Shown here: positions 12,117-24,849 of the stretch, one piece after another
Layout of the letters: each line of letters opens with the position of its first letter
Position numbering within the stretch: the stretch's first letter is position 1
Source of the DNA: Mustelus asterias
Lineage: Eukaryota
Length of the DNA stretch: 64,000 bases
Direction of reading: 5' to 3'
Assembly: GCF_964213995.1 (NCBI RefSeq)
Contig: NW_027590154.1
Location: forward strand, 372,001 to 436,000
Notes under the pieces: model-generated
Seen by the model: only the letters and a program-made list of their open reading frames with translations
Database searches by the model: none
Told to the model about the DNA's origin: nothing
Made by a program: the position numbers and the translations under genes

Positions 12117-15100
12117 AGAACCATAGAACCATAGAAAATTAAGCTCAGAAACAGGCCTTTTGGTCCTTCTTGTCTGTGCCGAACCATTTTTTGCCTAGTC
12201 CCACTGACCTGCACTTGGTCCATATCCCTCCACACCCCTCTCATCTATGAACCCGTCCGAGTTTTTCTTAAATGGTAAAAGTGACCCGCATTTACCACTT
12301 CATTCGGCAGCTCATTCCACACTCCCACCACTCTCTGCGTGAAGAAGCCCCCCCTAATATTCCCTTTAAACTTTTCTCCTTTCACCCTTAACCCATGCCC
12401 TCTGGTTTTTTTCTCCCCTAGCCTCAGCGGAAAAAGCCTGCTTGCATTCAAACTATCTATACCCATCAAAATCTTATACACCTCTATCAAATCTCCCCTC
12501 AATCTTCTGCGCTCCAGGGAATAAAGTCCCAACCTGTTCAATCTCTCTCTGTAACTCAGCTTCTCAAGTCCCGGCAACATCCTTGTGAACCTTCTCTGCA
12601 CTCTTTCAACCTTATTTACATCTTTCCTGTAACTAAGTGACCAAAACTATACACAATACTCCAAATTCGGCCTCACCAATGCCTTATATAACCTTACCAT
12701 AACACTCCAACTTTTATACTCGATACTCCGATTTATAAAGGCCAATGTACCAAAGGCACTCTTTACGACCCTATCCACCTGTGACGTCACTTTTAGGGAA
12801 TTCTGTACCTGTATTCACAGATCCCTCTGTTCAACTGCACTCTTCAGAGTCCTACCATTTACCATTACCAGTAATCATGAACCATTTACCATGAACCAGG
12901 CCAGGTGTTAGATTTGGAGGGAGGTGAGCACTTTGGTGACAGTGACCACAATTCGATTACGTTTACTTTAGCAATGGAAAAGGATAGGTATATACCAAAG
13001 GGCAAGAGTTATAGCTGGGGGAAAGGAAATTATGATGCGATTAGGCGAGATTTAGCTGGCATAGGTTGGGGAAGGAAACTGCAGGGGATGGGCACAATTG
13101 TAATGTGGAACTTGTTCAAGGAACAACTACTACGCGTCCTTGATAAATATGTATCTGTCAGGCAGGGAGGAAGCAGACGTGTGAGGGAACCGTGATTTAC
13201 TAAGGAGGTTGAATCTCTTGTGAAGAGGAAGAAGGAGACTTATGTTAAGATGAGACGTGAAGGCTCAGTTAGGGCGCTTGAGAGTTACAAGTTAGCCAGG
13301 AAGGACCTAAAGAAAGAGTTAAGAAGAGCCAGGAGGGGACATGAGAAGTCTTTGGCAGGTAGGATCAAGGAAAACCCTAAAGCTTTCTATAGGTATGTCA
13401 GGAGTAAAAGAATGACTAGGGTAAGATTAGGGCCAGTCAAGGACAGGAGTGGGAAGTTGTGCGTGGCGTCTGAAGAGATAGGAGAGGCACTAAATGAATA
13501 TTTTTCGTCGGTATTCACACTGGAGAGGGACAGTGTTGTTGAGGGGAGTACTGAGATGCAGGCTGTTGGACTGGATGGGATTGATGTTCAGAAGGAAGAG
13601 GTGTTAGCAATTCTGGAAAGGGTAAATATAGATAAGTCCCCTGGGCCGGATGGGATTTATCCTAGGATTCTCTGGGAGGCTAGACAGGAGATTGTAGAGC
13701 CTTTGGCTTTGATCTTTGTGTTGTAATTGTCTCCAGGAGCAGTGCCAGAAGACTGGAGGATAGCAAATGTTGTCCCCTTGTTCAAGAAGGGGAGTAGGGA
13801 CAACCCTGGTAATTATACACCGGTGAGCCTTACTTCTGTTGTGGGCAAAGTATTGGAAAGGATTATAAGAGATAGGATTTATAATCACCTCGAAAGGAAT
13901 AATTTGATTAGGGATAGTCAGCACGGTTTTGTGAAGGGTAGGTCGTGCCTCACAAACCTTATTGAGTTCTTTGAGAAGGTGACCAAAGAGGTGGATGAGG
14001 GTAAAGCGGTTGATGTGGTGTATATGGATTTCAGCAAAGCGTTTGATAAGGTCCCCCATGGTAAGCTTTTGCAGAAAATACGGGCACATGGGATTGAGGG
14101 TGATTTAGTGGTTTGGATCAGGAATTGGCGAGCTGTAAGAAAACAAAGGGTGGTGGTTGATGGGAAATATTCATCCTGGACTTCAGTTACTAGTGGTGGA
14201 CCGCAAGGATCTGTTTTGGGGCCACTGCTGTTTGTCATTTTTATTAGTGGCTTGGATGAGGGCGTGGAAGGATGGATTAGTAAATTTGCGGATGACACTA
14301 AAGTCGGTGGAGTTGTAGACAGTGCGCAGGGAAGTGGCAGGTTACAGAGGGACATAGATAAGCTGCAGAGTTGGGCTGAGAGGTGGCAAATGGAGTTTAA
14401 TGCGGAAAACTGTGAGGTGATTCACTTTGGAAGGAGTAACAGGAATACAGAGTACTGGGCTAATGGTAAGATACTTGGTAGTGTGGATGAACAGAGGGAT
14501 CTGGGTGTCCATGTGCATAGATCCCTGAAAGTTGGCACCCAGGTTGATAAGGTTGTTAAGAAGGCATACGGTGTGTTAGCTTTTATTCGTAGAGGGATTG
14601 AGTTTCGGAGCCAGGAGGTCATGCTGCAACTGTACAAAACTCTGGTGCGGCCGCATTTGGAGTTTTGCATACAGTTCTGGTCGCCGTATTATAGGAAAGA
14701 TGTGGAAGTGTTGGAAAGGGTGCAGAGGAGATTTACCAGGATGTTGCCTTGTATGGTGGGAAAATCATATGAGGAAAGGCTGAGGGGCTTGAGGTTGTTT
14801 TCGTTAGAGAGAAGAAGGTTAAGAGGTGACTTAATAGAGGCATACAAGATGATCAGAGGATTAGATAGGGTGGATAGTGAGAGCCTTTTTCCTCAGATGG
14901 TGTTGGCTAGCACGAGGGGACATAGCTCAAAATTGAGGGGTGAGAGATATAGGGCAGATGTTAGAGGTAGGTTCTTTACTCAGAGAGTAGTAAGGGCGTG
15001 GAATGCCCTGCCTGCAGCAGTGTTGGACTCGTCAACGTTGAGAGCGTTCAAGTGGTTATTGGATAAACATCTGGGTGATATTCGAATAGTGTAGATTAGA

Positions 15101-17030
15101 GGGGCTTTAGATTGGGACCACTGGTCGGCGCAACATCGAGGGCCGAAGGGCCTGTACTGCGCTGTAATGTTCTATGTTCTATTACTGTCCACTACACCTC
15201 CAATCTTTGTATCATCAGCAAACTTGCTGATCCAATTGACCACATTATCATCCAGATCATTGATATAGATGTCAAACAACAATGGACCCAACACCGATCC
15301 CTGCGGCACACCACTTGTCACAGGCCTCCACTCAGAGAAGCAATCCTCCACAACCACTCTCTGGCTTCTTCCATTAAGCCAGTGTCTAATCCAATTTACT
15401 ACCTCCCCATGTATACCACGCGACTGAACCTTCCTAACTAACCTCCCATGAGGGACCTTGTCAAAGGCCTTGCTGAAATCCAGGTAGACAACATCCACCG
15501 CCTTCCCTTCATCCACTTTCCTGGTAACCTCCTCGAAAAACTCTAATAGATTGGTCAAACATGACCTACCACGCACAAAGCCATGTTGACTCTCCCTAAT
15601 AAGTCCCTGTCTATCCAAATATTTGTAGATCCTATCCCTTATCAGACCTTCCAATAACTTGCCCACGACCGACGTCAAACTTACTGGCCGATAATTTCCC
15701 GGATTTCTTTTGGAAACTTTTTTAAACAACGGAACAACATGAGCCACCCTCCAATCATCCGGCACCTCCCCCGTGAATACTGACATTTTAAATATGTCTG
15801 CCAGGGCCCCTGCAAGTTCAACAATAGCTTCCCTCAAGGTCCGTGGGAATACCCTGTCAGGTCCTGGGGATTTATCCACTCTGATTTGCCTCAAGACAGC
15901 GAGCACCTCCTCCCCTTTAATCTGTAAAGGTTCCATGACCTCCCTACCTGTTTGCCCTATTTCCGTAGACTCCATGCCCGTTTCCTCAGTAAATAAGGAT
16001 GCAAATAAACCATTTAGTATCTCCCCCATCTCTTTTGGTTCCATACACAGTCTACCACTCTGGTCTTCAAGAGGACCAATTTTATCCCTCACTATCCTTT
16101 TGCTCCTAACATACATATAGAAGCTCTTTGGGTTTTCCTTCACTCTGTCTGCCAATGCAACCTCATGTCTTCTTTTAGCCCTCCTGATTTCCCTCTTAAG
16201 TAGCTTCTTGCACTTTTTATACTCCTCGAGCATCTGATCTGTTCCTTGCTGCCTGTACATTTCATACAACTCTCTCTTCCTCTTAATCAGTGTTACAATC
16301 TCCCTCGAGAACCAAGGTTCCTTAATCCTATTTACTTTGCCTTTAATCCTCACAGGAACATACAAACTCTGCACTCTCAAAATTTCTCCTTTGAAGGCCT
16401 CCCACTTTCCATTTACATCCTTACCAGAGAACAGCCTGTGCCAATCCAGACATCCCAGATCCCTTCTCATTTCATCAAATTTGGCCCTCTTTCCAATTCA
16501 GAACTTCAACCCGAGGACCAGATCTATCCTTATCCATGATCAGGTTGAAACTAATGGCATTATGATCACTGGATCCAAAGTGTTCCCTCACACTCACATC
16601 CATCACCTGCCCTAACTCATTTCCCAATAGGAGTACCAATATCGCATCCTCTCTAGTTGGCACCTCTATATACTGATGGAGAAAATTCTGAACACATTTT
16701 ACAAACTCTACCCCGTCTAAACCTTTAACAGTATGCGAGTCCCAATCTATATGTGGAAAATTAAAATCCCCTAATATCACAACTTTATGTTTCTTGCAGT
16801 TGTCAGCTATCTCTCCGCTGATTTGCTCCTCCAATTCTCGCTGACTATTGGGTGGTCTATAATACAAGCCCATTAATGTGGTCATACCTTTCCTGTTTCT
16901 CAGCTCCACCCATAGGGCCTCGGTAGACAAGCTCCCTCATCTACCCTGCCTGAGTACCTCTGTAACATTTTCCCTGACCAACAATGCCACCCCCACCCCC
17001 CCCCCCCCCCCACCTTTTATCCCTCTGCCT
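12117..17030 (-). mobile_element. CR1 ORF2 (endonuclease and RT), split by another CR1
   Basis: ORFs 16475-16930 (APE: YRPP, GDFN, SDH), 15172-16470 (RT) and 12245-12601 (C-terminus). (AGAACCAT)n tail at 12117. Confidence 0.88.
12885..15180 (+). mobile_element. CR1 ORF2, 5'-truncated, innermost element of the nest
   Basis: ORFs 12905-13195, 13220-13726 and 13727-15094 with RT motifs. (TGTTCTA)n tail. Confidence 0.93.
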
Positions 17031-17689
17031 CTATCCCTCTACTTCTGGCAGCTTGTTCCAGACACTCACCACCCTCTGACCCTCTGTGTGAAAACAATTG
17101 CCCCTCTGGACACATTTGTATCTCTCCCCTCTCACCTTAAACCTATGCCCTTTAGCTTGAGGCTCCCCTGCATTTGGGAAAAGATATTGACTGTCCAGTT
17201 GATCTTTGCTCCTCATTATTTTATGGATCTCTATAGGATCACCCTTAAGTCGCCTACGCATCAGGGAAAAAAGTCCCAGTCTATCCAGCCTCTCGTGCTA
17301 ACTCAAACCATCAAGTCCCGGTAGCATCCTAGTAAATATTTTCTCTTCTCTTTCTCGTTTAATAATATCCTTCCTATAATAGGGTGACCAGAACTGTACA
17401 CAGTATTCCAAGTGTGGCCTTACCAATGTCTTGTACAACTTCAACAAGATGCTGCTGTGACAAAGTACTCTTGTGTGAACACTCTGCAATGCTGAGACTG
17501 GGAGAAATGAACAACAGGGAGCAGCATTGCAACTTCTCTCCCCCCATTGAAATTGGGTTTGTTGCTACATCTGCTGCACCATCCCAACCACATCCAAAAG
17601 GGGCAATTTGGACAATGGCTGCAGACAGATCTCACTGCGCTTGCTGCACAATCACACTCCCCGCTGGGGGCCAGCATGCGTTGCCGGGG

Positions 17690-18240
17690 AGCTGGCATGC
17701 GGCCATCTTGGGTTGCTCGGGGGTCTCCCTCACTTCAATGCGGCGGCGGCCCGCGCGCTGCCCACTGGGAAAATTCCCCTCCCGCACATGCGCACAAGCA
17801 GCTACAGTTTAGTTTTTTAATATTTTAAATGTTGATGATTATTATTAACATCTTCTCCCGTAAGACTATCGGCTCCTTTTAGATTTGGGAGCGTCGTTTT
17901 TTTTATTGCGATTTTTACAAATCGGGCCCACACTCAGCGCATGCGCCGTTTCGCCACCGGCTTCTTTATAAAAATGTGTACTTTATTTAATTTTAATTCA
18001 GCTCCTGGCGGGATGTCCGACTGAGAATTTCTCTCATTTTCTCCATTTTCTCCATGGGGGGGCGGGGGGGGGCAGTGACGTCATGGCAAAATGACGACCG
18101 GTCCCGCCCCTGTCACAGGCTCGGATGTTTCGCCAACAAGCAGCGGCCGGGCATGGGCGGGCAAGAGGTAGCACTGGGAGGAGCAGCTCCCGGGGAGCAT
18201 TAAAGCGACTCCTGCTAGCCAGGAGGGGAAACAGCAGCAG
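17690..18240. promoter_or_regulatory. CpG-rich promoter/enhancer-like segment
   Basis: GCGCATGCGC (NRF1-like) at 17937-17946, GC box at about 18056-18072, full CRE TGACGTCA at 18076-18083, high CpG density. Confidence 0.35.
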
Positions 18241-18759
18241 CACAGTTTCTGCCCAAAGGCTTCCCCAGTTCAGCTGCTCAGAGACACTGGGAACCTCTTT
18301 CACTGTTAACTTCAGCTTCTTACATTCACCCCTATCTATCCATCTCTCCCTCCATTCATCTCACCCTCCCTCCCTCTCTCCATCCACCCCTCTCTCCCCT
18401 ATCCATCCATCCCTCCCTGCAACAAAACCATTCACTCAGAACAGCAGCTTCAATCTCATTACCTCAGTCTGTCTTCCAGCCTTTATCGAATCCACTCTGC
18501 ACCCAAATACTTTGCACCATTAGATATTATAATTCAAACTTTATAATCTCTCCAATTCTACATTTGTTCAAAGAGATCATAGACAGCAGAGAAATCATCA
18601 ATTCCATTCCCATTCTGAGCTATGGGGTATATTTATACATTTTCTCATTACGCAAAAAAACCCACACAACGAGCTTTAGATTCGCTTCTGTTGTTATTTT
18701 AGTGCCCAGCAGGTGGATTAGAGTGAGATTGGTATCAACCCTTCAGTGTCTCAGTTTGT

Positions 18760-19010
18760 CTCTGTGTTTGTGAGAGTGTGTGTGATCGTGTGTATGTCTG
18801 TGAGTGTGTGTCTGTGCTTGTGTTTGTGTCAGTCTATGTTTTTGTTTGCGCGTCTGTGTGCGTCCGTGAATGTGTTTGGGGTGTGTCTGCCAGTTCGCCT
18901 GTAGTTTTTTGTCTGAGATTGCGTATATCTACATGTGTTTGTGTGTGTGCCTGTGAGTTTTCCTGTGTCTGTTTGAGAGTGTATGTCTGTGAATGTGTTC
19001 GTGTAAGTAT
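18760..19010. repeat. Degenerate (TG)n microsatellite
   Basis: TG-rich low-complexity tract. Confidence 0.8.
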
Positions 19011-19409
19011 GTCATTCGAGTTCGCCTGTAGCTGTTCCTGAGATTGGTATCAATTCTGTGAATAGGCTCATCAGCATTGATTTGTATTAAAATAAAAATA
19101 ATAGGAACAAGAAAAAATAACACAACCCTCCAGTAAGACCCTTCAGTTGTCGGATGACATCCGGGTGATTCATATATCTAAAGCCCTCCCTCCTACACCG
19201 GCTCTTTAGCCAAGTATTTAACTGTATTATCTCCCTGTTGCAAGCCTCACTAGTACGTGGCATGGGGGGTAATCCTGAGATTACAACCCCAGAGATCCTG
19301 CTCTTAGTTCATAGAAATCATAGAAACCCTACTGCGCAGAAGGAGGCCATTCGGCCCATCGAGTCTGCACTGACCACAATCCCACCCATTAAATGAATAA
19401 GTCCTGTCC

Positions 19410-19770
19410 TGGTTCGATAGACTAAAATGGATTACCTCGGATTCATCTAAATTAAACTCCATCTTCCATTCATCAGTCCACTAGCCCAATTGATAAAGAT
19501 CCTGTTGCAATCGTTGATCATCTTCTTCACTGCCGACTATGCCACCGATCTTGGTGTCACCTGCAAACGTACTAACCACGCCTCCTAAATTCTCAACCAA
19601 ATCATTAACATAAGCGACAAATAGCAGTGGACCCAGCACTCATCCCTGAGGCACACCGCTGGTCACAGGCCTCTAGTTTGAAAGACAAACCCTCTATAAC
19701 CACCCTCTGTCTTCTGTCATCAAGCCAATTTTGTATCCATTTAGCTACCTCACCCTGGATCCCGTGAGCG
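19410..19770 (-). mobile_element. CR1 RT fragment
   Basis: HGIQGEVAKWIQNWL...RQRVV peptide. Confidence 0.8.
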
Positions 19771-20261
19771 TGTTTCCAGCTGCTGCTCCAACCGAACCAT
19801 GCGGTCTGTGAGGAGCGGCAGCTAGTCACACTTCCCGCAGACATAGACGTCAGGGACACTAGAAAGTTCCCTAATCTTCCACATCTGGCAGGAGGAGCAT
19901 ATCACTGCCCAAAATGCCATCTCTGCACTTGGACATTGAAAAAAAAAACAATCTTACTTGCTTTTGACAAAGAGGGACATTCACAAACTCTGGGTGGCAA
20001 CACCCAGAGGGGTCGCGGAACGAGATTCTGGGGTCGGGAGCTCAGAGGCAGCGATAACTGTGGAGCCTCTACTGAATGTTCACAGCTTTCTGCCACCTTT
20101 AGATTCTCGAGTTTTATTTTAAACAATGGGTGTGGCCTAAATTGACGACGTTTGGGCCTGAAGTATTTCAGTTCAGCTCTGAGATCCAGTGTCCCAGAGC
20201 AGCCCAGCTCTGCAGTTTACAGCTCCCGTCATTTAAACCATCAGCTCCGGACAGTAGAGTG

Positions 20262-20740
20262 ATGGGAATCCTCCTTGTTTTCACCCTATCTGTCTGTTTA
20301 CCCCGTGAGTACCGATCAAACTAATCCACAACGTGTGGATTGAATATAAATCTGTCCCAGTCCATCCCAATTACAGACACTGTCTGGGGTTTCAGCCCCG
20401 TTGTGTGGTTCTCCTCTGATGGTCCATTAAACTCTCCCTCTTTAATTTCCAGGATCTTTCAGTCAGTCAGTAACGCAGAGCCCGGCAGCGTTGACCAGGA
20501 AGGAGTGTCAGTCTCTCACCATCACCTGTATCTTTTACGGTCATAATTGGGGCTATTATTTCCAAAATGGATATTTCTTCAGACAAACCCAGACCGGGAC
20601 GGAGCGGGAGCGGATCTCCAGCGGAGGGAGATTTGTTGTGTCTGTGAACAGAGCAAAAAAGACATTTTCGCTGGAAATTCGGGATGTGCGAGTTGAAGAC
20701 ACCGCCACCTATTACTGTAAAGCTGATTACTGGTACTACA
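20262..20740 (+). CDS. NAR-TCR V gene segment (IgNAR-like V): leader exon 20262-20304 and V exon 20453-20740
   Basis: Leader MGILLVFTLSVCLP with phase-1 GT..AG intron. V reads SFSQSVTQSPAALTRKECQSLTITC...ERISSGGRFVVSVNRAKKTFSLEIRDVRVEDTATYYCKADYWY. It has the VNAR-type short FR2/CDR2 (ERISxGGR) and an extra FR1 Cys. Confidence 0.93.
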
Positions 20741-20778
20741 CACCGTGATGGGCCTCGACTTCCAGCGATACAAAAGCT
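20741..20778 (+). other. RSS of the NAR-TCR V (22-bp spacer)
   Basis: CACCGTG (20741-47), 22 bp, ACAAAAGCT (20770-78). Confidence 0.85.
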
Positions 20779-21119
20779 CTCCCTGCAGATTCTCACAGAA
20801 CCAAATGATAAACCGGAGTTAATCTGCCCTGAACACCCCCCACCCCCTCCCCCCTCCACCACCCGCCCCCGGCCAACCCCCCACAATAGCGTCTCACACT
20901 CTCTGTTTTAATGAGACCTGATTACTACCATGAACCTTTTGAGTTTTATAAACACGGAATGTGAGTGGATGGTGGTGTCTTTCCTGGGAATGTTGTCGGT
21001 GAATGGAGAATGGGAATGATTGATCCCAGTTGCAAACCCTCACACCAGATGGGATTCTGGACTCACAGCCACACTGCGCGCTGTTTAATTAATGTTCCAA
21101 CATCCCACCCAGTACCCGA

Positions 21120-21147
21120 GGTTTTGATACTGAATTGTAACACTGTG
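21120..21147 (+). other. 12-RSS, 5' signal of the NAR-TCR D segment
   Basis: GGTTTTGAT (21120-28), 12 bp, CACTGTG (21141-47). It faces the V RSS 341 bp upstream. Confidence 0.9.
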
Positions 21148-21165
21148 CAAATGGTTGGGGGGCGG
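21148..21165 (+). other. NAR-TCR D segment; 3' end fused to the inverted V-delta, exact end undefined
   Basis: G-rich CAAATGGTTGGGGGGCGG directly after the 12-RSS heptamer. No 3' RSS follows; a matching 12-RSS lies at 26901-26928. Confidence 0.75.
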
Positions 21166-21471
21166 CTATGTGCTGACTCAGTCCACAGTAATACACAGCC
21201 GAGTCGCTTAGTTGCAGTTTGGAGATCTTTAACCGGCTGATTTTCTGGACAGAATCGATAGAAGCAGTAATTCTCTCCCCGGCAGCGTTTTCTTTATTGT
21301 CCCCTCCTGAAGTGTGTTTCTGCAGCAAGTATTTCAGAGTTTGCCCTGGGGGCTGACTGTACCAGTGTACTGTGTACTGACAGATTCCTGAATATTCACA
21401 GCTTAATGTAACCGTGTCATCGGCAGCAGAGATTTGGAGAGGCGGATTCTTGGATACCAGGGAAGAGGAAT
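21166..21471 (-). CDS. Leaderless 'supporting' TCR delta V exon of NAR-TCR, now inverted
   Basis: Acceptor ttttttctaatcctgcag then DSSSLVSKNPPLQISAADDTVTLSCEYSGICQYTVHWYSQPPGQ...KLQLSDSAVYYCGLS. It has an extra CDR1 Cys, no adjacent leader seen, and a phase-1 acceptor matching the J donor at 26498. Confidence 0.9.
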
Positions 21472-21649
21472 CTGCAGGATTAGAAAAAAAGCGTTTGTTT
21501 AGGTTTTGCCATTTTTTAGTCGGAGATTGTGTCAGTCGCAGGAGTAGCTCAGTTTTATGCGGAGTTATTATTATTTTAATTCTAATGGAACGATATTGAC
21601 TTACGCTATAAACCAGTGTACAATGAGGTGACATTTTATTTTGCACAAG

Positions 21650-22135
21650 TTCTAATGATCTGTAACGATGTTATTAAACTGGAGGGAGTGCAGAAGAGAT
21701 TTACAAGGATGTTGCCAGGACTCAAGGGACTGAGTTATAGGGAGAGTTTGGACTTTTTCCTTTGGTGCGTAGGAGATAGAGGGGTGATCTTGTAGAAGTG
21801 TATAAGATCATAACAGGCACGGATAGGGCGAATGAACTCAGTCTTATTCCCAGGGTTGGGGAATCGAGAACAAGAGGGAATAGGGAAAGAAGTAACGGGA
21901 ACCTGCAGAGCAACTTCTTTTTACACAGAGGGTGGTACGTATATGGAATGAGCTGCCGGAGGAAGTGGTTGAGGCAGCGACATTGACAACATTTCAAAGG
22001 CATTTGGACAGATACATGGATAGGAAAGGTTTAGAGAGATATGGGCCAAATGCCGGCAAATGGCTGAGCTTAGATGAGCATTTTGATCGGCATGGATCAG
22101 TTTGGACCGAAGGGCCTGTCTTTCTGCAGTAAATT
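21650..22135 (+). mobile_element. CR1 3' fragment
   Basis: RFTRMLPG / RGDLVEVYK / VWNELP similarity. Confidence 0.85.
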
Positions 22136-23168
22136 CTGTGAATCCATGAATATACTGTCAGCTCAGTAGGAGCTGGTTTAACAGTGAATTATGAATGAGC
22201 AACGATCACATTCATGAACAGGAAAACAGCAGGTTTATCGGGAAAATTCATGGCTTGTGGAAGAATTCGATTTCATTTATAAAGGGGCAGCATCTACCCT
22301 AGGGGCCGAATGTCGCCCTTCCAGACGAAATGATTTTACGATATATGTTCGCTTTCAATTTCAGTTTTCCATGTTGAGAGACAAACCGAGGGAACATTTT
22401 ATTGTCAGTGACGCAATCCGTTTCCAGAAATGATTGTCAGAGAGTAACGCAGCTGCGTCACATCACAGCATACAGCAAGATCCAACAAAGAATGACTGTG
22501 ATTCATCAGCTCCAATGGGACCGAACCATGCCGAACAACGGTCGTCAAATGTCATACATTTATTTCAGTTTAACACTTCCTGAGAGTCTGTGTTTGCTTT
22601 TTAATCTATTTGTTTATTTTCTGTCAGTATCATGTTTTCTCCCCTTCACTTAACATTGAAATATCTAGTCAGTTTCATTTCATTTACTTTTTGCTGCTTG
22701 GGTTTCTTGTGTCGTGGGAGCATGCCCCAAAGTCTCATAGTTGCCAGTTGCGTTCATTCTGTTCAGTTTCCGCAGTGGTTTTACTGTTACTCACTGGGAA
22801 CTGCCTCTTCTGGATCTCCGACAATTTCGTTTTTTCTGCTCATTAACTGATTCTCTCCCGGCTCTGGGCAGAGTTTTCTCTAAGTTGTACATTTTATAGA
22901 AACTTCAGAAGAAGAAGAGACACTTCGGCCCACTCATTTATGTCTGTGGAAATACTCCAGACCAGCCTCAGCCCGCAGTTTTCTAATTGATTTTTCCCAT
23001 CCAGCTCCCTGTGTCAGTCTGATCTGTTCTCCCTCGGATCTTTTCAAGTCTTCCCATAGATGCGTCAATACCTGCTGCTCCAAACATTCAATGTGACAGT
23101 GAGTCCCTCTTCCTGGCTGATATTTAAAATTCTTCTTCTTAATGTTTAGATTTTCTCTGAATCACTAT

Positions 23169-24432
23169 TGTCAGGAGGCAGAAGTAGTTTATATAGTCTG
23201 TGATTGTATTATTGGATATTAGAAATAAGATATAGATTTAAGTGAGTTTAGTTTAGCGTTTCTGTGTAAGGTCGGGTAAAATTCTAGTTAGCTTGCTATT
23301 AAACAAAGATGTTTGCATGTATGTGGTTTTTGGTTCATTTTAAACTGTGCCTGTATTATGCTGAGGGAGTTAATGACATGAAAAATAAAAAGCTGTAAAG
23401 AAGGAATAGGCTGTTGCTTGGGAACCAGGAGCCACCTTTATGTTAGGAAGGGGTTTTACTGGACTCAAGGCCGTAGGAGATACGTAATGAGACAAAAAGC
23501 ACCTCTCACAGCTCTGCCAGAAGCAGAAGCAATAAAATGGAGTAATGAGAAAAAAGAACTTCCAGAAAATAAAGAACAGATCGTTTTAGAAACCAAGGAA
23601 TTGAAAAAGGTCCCAGGACAACTGAATTGAGAGGGCCAAAGGAACTCGAAACTGAACTATGTACTGTTTATCAAAGTTGAAGAAAGGGGCAGAGACAGAG
23701 GCCCCCAGCTAAATGCAGAGCTGAAATTCACAGACCTGGTGAAGTTGGCAAGCCAGCTTTCAGATATAATCATGATGTTGGTGAGACCAGTGAAGCAGTA
23801 TTGGCATGGCTGCATACCTCTGAGATTGTACGGAAACTTGAATGCACATGACAATTCAAGACAAAGGAATAGTGAAAGCAAAGTGCGAAATCCTGGAAGT
23901 GGATCCTTGCTGAAAATAGCGCAGGCAAAGGGTTATTTGGTAGAATTTACCAAGACAGGACTTTTCGAGAGTGGGAATGGGAAACACTCGTGTGGATGCC
24001 AGAGTCCAGTGAGGCCAGTTGGTTCACATCAGTATAATGATCTGCGGGGTTGTGAGGAGCAATCCACAGAAATTCGATTGGGTGGCATCGACAATTAGGT
24101 TTTGGAATGGGGTGTAGCTGACCACAGTGGCCTATTGCTATACAGGGACTGCATTTACGGAGAACAGTATAGCAAAGATATATTTTGCAACCTGTGTTAT
24201 CCTTAAAGTCTGCGTACAGTCATGAGGAGTTGGGCTGAAGGAGAATTGTGTCATAGTAAAACTTTTCATGTTTAATAAATGTTTGTTTCTTCTGTTACTA
24301 AAAGCTAATTGGCCATCCAGTTACTCCATTCCCCCAATTGTTCTAAAACAGAAGAAAACACTACATTATTTCTAACCAGAGTTGCACCTGGGAGTTTCCC
24401 ATCCAGTAGTAACATCAACTGGGATCGTAACA
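23169..24432 (+). mobile_element. Solo LTR, 1264 bp
   Basis: TGT...ACA termini, exact 4-bp target-site duplication CTAT (23165-68 and 24433-36), AATAAA near 24274. A related 3' end occurs at about 51890-51990. Confidence 0.75.
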
Positions 24433-24849
24433 CTATCAGATGTTAATAGCCCCTTGCTCCAGACATACCCAAAAATAAATAGTTTGGCCACATCCATCTC
24501 ATTAACCCGTTCATTAGTTGAACGATTTCAATGAGTCCTCTTTGCTGTTCTCCAATCTCTAGACGAAAAGAGACCCAGCATGTTCCCCACGTCCAGAGAT
24601 TGTTGCTGATTGCTTTCCTGAGAAATGCAGACATAGAAGCAACATTTCCAACTGATAGAAGCAAGAGTGGCTGTTCCACATTTCAAAGCTACGCAGTCAC
24701 TCAGTGATGTTGCAGTTTATCTTCTGCCTCAACAAGAAACTGACCCATTGGTAGGACAGACTCAGCAGACCTGGCGGCACAATGGGATATAATCGGAAGC
24801 GACTTGCCCGGAGAGTCCTCAATATCCTCCCTCGACTGCATGAAGACTC

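Larger units (their letters stand above)
12001..17447 (-). mobile_element. CR1 3' fragment, outermost host of a three-level nest (pieces 12001-12116 and about 17036-17447)
   Basis: The two pieces are collinear CR1 3'-end sequence of the same subfamily as 10480-11092, joined at GCCTCTACTACT / CCTCTACTTCTGGCAGC. Confidence 0.8.

Noticed and set aside
22780-22880. Minus-strand peptide GRESVNEQKK resembling VNAR FR3
   Set aside because: Similarity is limited to a few residues, with no cysteines in register and no RSS.
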